64,000 bases of DNA from a virus (Duplodnaviria; Heunggongvirae; Uroviricota; Caudoviricetes): the IMG/VR virus record IMGVR_UViG_3300034045_000104. One strand, written 5' to 3'. The stretch's first letter is position 1; every line of letters begins with the position of its first letter. Made by a program: the position numbers and the translations under genes. This document shows positions 58,522 to 64,000 of the stretch, piece by piece. Under the pieces are notes generated by a model. That model ran no database searches, was not told where the DNA came from, and saw nothing but the letters and a program-made list of their open reading frames with translations.

Positions 58522-59037
58522 TTAAATCAAATCTTGCAGCAGCGTGACCGCATCTTGTCCAAAGCGTACATTAATCGCATCAAGCAAGCTCTGTCCATCA
58601 TCAGGACAAACAGCCTCATCCAATGCTATAACATCAACACAAACCTTACCCACCATCAACATAACACGATCTAATTGCACCGGCAATCCCGTCATCTTTT
58701 TAAACAAACTTAAGCACTGTTGACTATTTGTGCGTTGTTGAAATTCATTAACATGCTCATTAACCGGCACATAACTTTGTATATTTTCAACAAATATCTT
58801 TTGCCCAACTTTATTAATCAACTTAATTAATTCTTTTTTAGCAGACAAAACATTATCAACGTACAACACGGTACGCCCGCAATATTCTTCAGTTATAAAA
58901 TACTTACCCCGGCGCTGGCCATTAACAAACTCAGACTCATGAAGATTAAATACCAACTCATTGCCTCCAAGAAAAATCTGCACGCATTTAACAACCTGGA
59001 CTTCCTTAATTTCATCATCAACAATAATTTTGGCCAT
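58522..59037 (-). CDS. hypothetical protein
   Basis: 171-aa ORF. Confidence 0.4.
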   Translation of the reverse strand: MAKIIVDDEIKEVQVVKCVQIFLGGNELVFNLHESEFVNGQRRGKYFITEEYCGRTVLYVDNVLSAKKELIKLINKVGQKIFVENIQSYVPVNEHVNEFQQRTNSQQCLSLFKKMTGLPVQLDRVMLMVGKVCVDVIALDEAVCPDDGQSLLDAINVRFGQDAVTLLQDLI

Positions 59038-59261
59038 TACATCGCCTCCACAGCTGTTAATTCAGTAGTCTTCGCTCCATGTGCATAATAGCCATTAAAA
59101 TATGTATTCTCATCATGAACCTTAGTATCTAGATAAATCGTTTTACGCCCATCCATACACTCCACACCTAAAACACCAACCACCTCAACAGATGAAGACC
59201 CGCTAGAAGACAACATCACACACCCATCGCCCATTACAACATCATAAGTCATAAAAACCAC
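59037..59261 (-). CDS. hypothetical protein
   Basis: 74-aa ORF sharing a start/stop overlap with the downstream gene. Confidence 0.3.
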   Translation of the reverse strand: MVFMTYDVVMGDGCVMLSSSGSSSVEVVGVLGVECMDGRKTIYLDTKVHDENTYFNGYYAHGAKTTELTAVEAM

Positions 59262-59297
59262 CTTTTTAAAACAAGCCCTTTACCACAGCTTAATACA

Positions 59298-59759
59298 TTA
59301 CCCATTAGAACCAATAAGGACATAATGAAAATACCTATCACCACATTGACCAGTAAACTCTGTCCCACCATCATAATCATCAACATCACACTCAAGAAAA
59401 TTACCCTTTTTAATAATATTACCAAGTTCGGTAAGTCCAACATCAACCTGATCATAAACCCCCAATAATTCAACCCTGCAAACCATAGGTTCTATCCGTA
59501 TCAAAGTATAGTCACAAACCAAAGGCAGAGCATAAACCGCAGCATTACAAGCATCTCCGTAATTAAACATAACCTTCTTCATGTCACCAACATTGAAACT
59601 TAATAGCGCACATGTGCGACTATAGGCATTTACATAACCAGATACCTTATCCTCAAGATGCTGCTGGCTTACAACCTCAACATCAGGACATGAATAACCA
59701 TCACCATTAAATGAATTGATAATAGCAAAACAAGCTGGTTCATTAATAATTTCAAACAT
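59298..59759 (-). CDS. hypothetical protein
   Basis: 153-aa ORF. The overlapping ORF 59249-59473 is probably spurious. Confidence 0.4.
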   Translation of the reverse strand: MFEIINEPACFAIINSFNGDGYSCPDVEVVSQQHLEDKVSGYVNAYSRTCALLSFNVGDMKKVMFNYGDACNAAVYALPLVCDYTLIRIEPMVCRVELLGVYDQVDVGLTELGNIIKKGNFLECDVDDYDGGTEFTGQCGDRYFHYVLIGSNG

Positions 59760-59804
59760 AATCCACCTTCAGTCTGCAATAAGAGCTGCAGCCACACTCA
59801 ACAA

Positions 59805-60173
59805 CTAAAACCCAACCGCAGGCTTGAACAAAGAAACAATCCTAAGGCCAGAACCATATTCAGGCTCAATTGCCTGAAACAATAATTCTAAAACATCAAC
59901 ACTCCACTGATCAAACCCGATTTTTAATGGGGGTGAGTAACTTTTAAGCTCGCACAATCCTTTATAGATCGATGAACGCGCCCCAGAGTGATAATACAAA
60001 TCTCTTTTTAAAAAACCACCAGAAAACACCAGGTTAAACTGCCACACTCCATATTCAGTATAGGTCCACCAGTAGGCGACATTAATGCTCACATCATTAA
60101 CCTCGAAGCCGGCATTAAATGTCTTTTCACTTCCTCTACTCTCAACATCCAATTGGAATTTATATTTATCCAT
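59805..60173 (-). CDS. hypothetical protein
   Basis: 122-aa ORF. Confidence 0.35.
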   Translation of the reverse strand: MDKYKFQLDVESRGSEKTFNAGFEVNDVSINVAYWWTYTEYGVWQFNLVFSGGFLKRDLYYHSGARSSIYKGLCELKSYSPPLKIGFDQWSVDVLELLFQAIEPEYGSGLRIVSLFKPAVGF

Positions 60174-60176
60174 TTG

Positions 60177-60611
60177 CTACTCCAAACTCAATTTTTCAAC
60201 AAAGAAGCGCTCAATTCCACGTTTTGCCAAAAGCTCGTCTTTATCAATATCATCATCTGCATTTTTTACAGATTGCTCGATCTCTCTGAATACCAAAAGA
60301 ACATCGACCATAGACTCATATCCTTTAGCCTCATAAAGACCGGCAAACTCACTATCACCATCCACCTCAACAATTAAGGTGCCTGGCGCATTAGGTTGGA
60401 TTACACCAATCAACCCATCTTTGACTTTCTCAACTTCACTAGAATCAACCTTTTGCGCACCTAGAACCTGAAACGAATCACTAAGATAATCCTCACCCAA
60501 CATCGTAAAATCAACCTCTCCTGCAGCATCCATAGCACCTTGACCATCATCGGCCTTAACAATAATTTTCTTTATATAGGTTTCTTGAACCTCTACTTCA
60601 TATAATCCCAT
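60177..60611 (-). CDS. hypothetical acidic protein
   Basis: 144-aa ORF. Confidence 0.4.
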   Translation of the reverse strand: MGLYEVEVQETYIKKIIVKADDGQGAMDAAGEVDFTMLGEDYLSDSFQVLGAQKVDSSEVEKVKDGLIGVIQPNAPGTLIVEVDGDSEFAGLYEAKGYESMVDVLLVFREIEQSVKNADDDIDKDELLAKRGIERFFVEKLSLE

Positions 60612-60698
60612 AACTACCTCTATATTAATTAACTATAAACATAATAATATTACTAAAAACCCAGACGCTATCAGCATCAGATAACGCCCAATTTTAGA

Positions 60699-61268
60699 TT
60701 AGGCTGCCAGTGGCTTAACCTCATATTCGTTAATATATTCTTCAGCTCCCGCAATGGCATCCTCCTGACTAAAATAACCACCATACCCTTCATCGGTAAC
60801 AGTAATATCAAATCTATAGACATCGCCATTACACCAAGACGAATATGTAACCAATGCGCTTTCTGCCAATTTAATAGCTTGCGCTTTTCGTTTAGCAGAC
60901 CATCTTGACCAACCCATTTCATCACGATCTATTAACAACCAACCCATTTGGCCAGAATCCCATCTACAAGAAAAAGGCACTGTTGAATAGGCAACACCAC
61001 TATGCTCAAACTTATACAAAGGCAAAACCAAATAACGTGAATTATTGCGCATGAAAGTTTCAATCTTTTCAATATCCTCATCACGATCTTCATAATCCAA
61101 CTCATAGCCGGCAAGCTCAAAAGGATCTGTTTTAGAACCATTCATACTTCTTGTGTAAGAATTTGAAACAACATAAAATAGCTCATCATGCTCCAAAGGA
61201 GATTCAGAATCACTATCCATACTTATGCAATACTTAACGCCCTTAAAGGTTTCTTCACTTACTTTCAT
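60699..61268 (-). CDS. hypothetical protein
   Basis: 189-aa ORF. Overlapping ORFs 60677-60925 and 60932-61141 are probably spurious. Confidence 0.4.
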   Translation of the reverse strand: MKVSEETFKGVKYCISMDSDSESPLEHDELFYVVSNSYTRSMNGSKTDPFELAGYELDYEDRDEDIEKIETFMRNNSRYLVLPLYKFEHSGVAYSTVPFSCRWDSGQMGWLLIDRDEMGWSRWSAKRKAQAIKLAESALVTYSSWCNGDVYRFDITVTDEGYGGYFSQEDAIAGAEEYINEYEVKPLAA

Positions 61269-61396
61269 AATCTTATCTCTTATAAAAATTCATTATAAAA
61301 ACACTAAAATCTGCCAAACTTCACCAGATTGTAAAAACTTGTTACCCCATACAATCTTAACTGCATGAGATAACATACAACTACCAGGATTAATTT

Positions 61397-61636
61397 CTAA
61401 ACTTCAGTCCAAACAATACACACGCTTTTGCCGTTACCTTCAAAATAACCATCACTCAAACAGTCATCAAGCTCAGCTTCGGCCATCCCAATTCGTACCG
61501 CACATTCCTTAAATAAATTCTCAGCATCTGCAACCTCATTAGGCAATACGCCTTCTGACACACCAAAGGATTGCGCATCTCCAACCACTCCATCATTAAC
61601 TGTAATCACATTAACTATTCGCATAATATTGCTCAC
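61397..61636 (-). CDS. hypothetical protein
   Basis: 79-aa ORF. The conserved TATAATGGGTTTT motif lies just upstream (61644-61660). Confidence 0.3.
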   Translation of the reverse strand: MSNIMRIVNVITVNDGVVGDAQSFGVSEGVLPNEVADAENLFKECAVRIGMAEAELDDCLSDGYFEGNGKSVCIVWTEV

Positions 61637-61944
61637 TAAATATAAAACCCATTATAAAAATACGAGAATATGTATATATTGCAGGCACAATTTAACCCAA
61701 TGCTCAAGTTTTGCATAAATTGGTTTACTGGTTAATATTGGGTCCTGCAGGAGGGACAAATAAGATTAGCTTATTGTCACGCACAATTTTAAAATGGAGA
61801 GTAGGGCGTGCGATTGCTCGAACAGCAGATGTCCCATTAAGCGCAACAACAATCTCATGGGATTTATAGAAAACCACCCAATCCAACTTAAAACCTTTCA
61901 CATACCGAAAAGCATTGGATTGGATATTCTTTATTTAACTCATA

Positions 61945-62223
61945 TTAAAGGCTGGATTTTATTCTTTTAATCTGCACATTATTCGCCATAATGTTAATTT
62001 CAGCAAACTCAGTACCGCTAATTTTTCCATCCTTCAACGCACTGTTTACTAAAGCACCGATCTCTGGATATTTTTCCTTTAAATTATCAACATATGCATA
62101 ATCTCGCACAGATATTTCATTTACCGCAAAACCAACTTGGCTTATTATCACCACCACAACAATAACAACAAACGCCGCCATCACATATAGACCAAACCCA
62201 CTACTACCTTGCTTTTTAGACAT
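61945..62223 (-). CDS. small membrane protein
   Basis: 92-aa ORF with a central TM segment FGLYVMAAFVVIVVVVIISQVGFAV. Confidence 0.35.
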   Translation of the reverse strand: MSKKQGSSGFGLYVMAAFVVIVVVVIISQVGFAVNEISVRDYAYVDNLKEKYPEIGALVNSALKDGKISGTEFAEINIMANNVQIKRIKSSL

Positions 62224-62258
62224 ATTTACTTACAACTCCCATAATATAACCATACTCA

Positions 62259-63113
62259 TTAACAACAATATTGCTTCTTATTGGCCAAAACATCAATTAA
62301 CATATCTTTTGCATACTTGTTTACATATATTGCTATACGGTTAAAATCAGCATGTTCAAATGATAAAGTAAAGTGCTCTTTAAAAACCTTTAGCTTGATA
62401 CCATTAACCACCATCCCATCCCCTGGCTTTGTTTTTGACTCCAAAAACTTATCAAGGGCAAGGACACTCAAAGTGGATCCGCCATGTAAAAGTCCAGCAC
62501 GCAGACCCATGTACTGAGCTTTAGAACGAAACTCATCAGTGACACCAAAACCATAATCATTATTATTCCACAAACCCTTGACTACCACATATCTTGATGA
62601 CTTGGTAATGTTTGAAAAGGCAATAGCAGCATTTTGCGCATTACATTCATGATATTTAGAATTTATTTTACTGGGGTTAAATATCTTAATCAAGGAACAC
62701 CAACAATCCCTAACACAAAACCACTTCAAAAAATCTTCACAACTTGGCACATCATCAAAACTAGCACCTGAATACCGGTACACATCTTCAAAAGAAAATC
62801 CCTTAAAACCATCCATATCTAATAGATGCTTGAACGACCCTACAAACAACGAATTAAGCTCATTAAAAACATTCAATCTAAGGCCGCACATCAGTTCATT
62901 AACAGGCCTATCCAAATCAATATAATCATGGCCACTAATATCCATGATTCTACTTATGCCATCAATTGCACCAGCAACCTTGTTTTCGATTTCTTTCAAT
63001 GTCAAATCTAATGGAGAATCTTTCAATATTGGTGTAGCTACCAAAGCATCCACCGACAAATCATCACCAATGTAAAGCAAACTCGTTGCTGTATTAGCCA
63101 TCATCACTTTCAC
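62259..63113 (-). CDS. hypothetical protein
   Basis: 284-aa ORF. Confidence 0.45.
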   Translation of the reverse strand: MKVMMANTATSLLYIGDDLSVDALVATPILKDSPLDLTLKEIENKVAGAIDGISRIMDISGHDYIDLDRPVNELMCGLRLNVFNELNSLFVGSFKHLLDMDGFKGFSFEDVYRYSGASFDDVPSCEDFLKWFCVRDCWCSLIKIFNPSKINSKYHECNAQNAAIAFSNITKSSRYVVVKGLWNNNDYGFGVTDEFRSKAQYMGLRAGLLHGGSTLSVLALDKFLESKTKPGDGMVVNGIKLKVFKEHFTLSFEHADFNRIAIYVNKYAKDMLIDVLANKKQYCC

Positions 63114-63468
63114 CTGTCAAATCTTCAATATTACAATCTTCCAATTTAATGCCAGAGCTTTGCGCATACACTTCTAATGCCGCACGAGATGAAATTTCAG
63201 ATATATAACGCAATTCATTAAGCCCACACCTAACACGATACAGACAATCATTGTCTTTACCATTATGTCCCACCTCATATCCAACTATAATCTTATCACT
63301 TACAAGTTCAATTGATTCAATCTCATACTCAGATGATTTTTCACTAAGCACACGGTTAGCAGCAGCATCAGTTGCATATTGGGTTGCCTGAGTCATATTC
63401 TCAGCCTCAATATCTAAAACAACATGAGAATACCCAATTCTGGTGACATCTACTTTATACATCGGCAT
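63094..63468 (-). CDS. hypothetical acidic protein
   Basis: 124-aa ORF. Confidence 0.35.
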   Translation of the reverse strand: MPMYKVDVTRIGYSHVVLDIEAENMTQATQYATDAAANRVLSEKSSEYEIESIELVSDKIIVGYEVGHNGKDNDCLYRVRCGLNELRYISEISSRAALEVYAQSSGIKLEDCNIEDLTGESDDG

Positions 63469-63511
63469 ATCTATTTACTCCTATAAAAACCCATTATAAT
63501 GATGCTATAAA

Positions 63512-63967
63512 TTACGAAGAGCGAATCAACTCTAGTAATTTTTCTAACAATAATTGTTTTAACTCACCCTTCATTTCATCTGGGGGAACATTATGTAAAT
63601 GTTCACAAGCCTCAATAATTTGCTCACAAAGCATATGCTTCAAAGTATATCTCTCTCGTAAATAGCACCCACCTTCAACTTGAGACTGAAAACCAGCATC
63701 TAGTTTTAACTTTTCAAATTCACTCCAAAAATAATCTGATTTTTCTGTACCCGCTCTAAAATAGTTGTACATACTTCTATAGGCTTCTTCAGATAAAACA
63801 TAGGCCAATCCATTGCTGCTACCAAAGCGTTGCTCGACCATGGCCAAGGATTTGTTTTTCAATTCGATAAGGACGGGCAGGGCACGGCTTATGTCGTTAA
63901 GACACCTATCATAATCATAAACCATGCGCTCAAGCTTACTTGAAATACTAGGAAGCACACCTAACAT
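63512..63967 (-). CDS. hypothetical protein
   Basis: 151-aa ORF. Confidence 0.4.
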   Translation of the reverse strand: MLGVLPSISSKLERMVYDYDRCLNDISRALPVLIELKNKSLAMVEQRFGSSNGLAYVLSEEAYRSMYNYFRAGTEKSDYFWSEFEKLKLDAGFQSQVEGGCYLRERYTLKHMLCEQIIEACEHLHNVPPDEMKGELKQLLLEKLLELIRSS

Positions 63968-64000
63968 TAGTTCACCATTTCACTTTTAATATTATCGACA

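Overview
AT-rich 64-kb window that is densely coding, with almost every gene on the minus strand and only three plus-strand ORFs (24847, 49557, 52205), each next to structured non-coding DNA. The gene content looks like a large (jumbo-type) bacteriophage or phage-plasmid-like mobile replicon rather than core chromosome. Recognisable genes: class I ribonucleotide reductase large subunit (1371-3320) and small subunit (46922-48106) separated by 45 kb, RecD2-type helicase, two DNA methyltransferase homologs (a beta-class N6/N4 enzyme and a minimal C5-like enzyme), SSB, Sir2-family deacylase, DEDDh exonuclease, PAPS-reductase-family protein, SPFH lipoprotein, SleB-type cell-wall hydrolase (candidate endolysin), a 743-aa RpoD-like sigma-70 factor, a GHKL-type ATPase, and a truncated GspE/PilB-type secretion ATPase followed by a run of small membrane proteins. 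About 50 further ORFs are small or acidic hypotheticals with no recognisable family. No tRNA, rRNA, CRISPR, integrase, terminase or capsid gene was recognised here. The most striking non-coding structures are two iteron-like repeat arrays. One (10634-10830) carries 20-23-bp iterons ending in a perfect DnaA box. The other (48712-49466, about 750 bp) carries an 18-mer repeated in inverted and direct orientation, then an AT-rich tract and the largest plus-strand ORF, a candidate Rep or partition protein. Several conserved intergenic motifs recur, including TATAATG-type -10 elements on the minus strand. Two genes appear disrupted: a frameshift-split DUF4262-like gene and an in-frame ochre stop. 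Candidate novel systems: the GspE-CTD ATPase with small membrane proteins, the sigma factor with tandem acidic paralogs, and the minimal C5-MTase-like protein near the GHKL ATPase.
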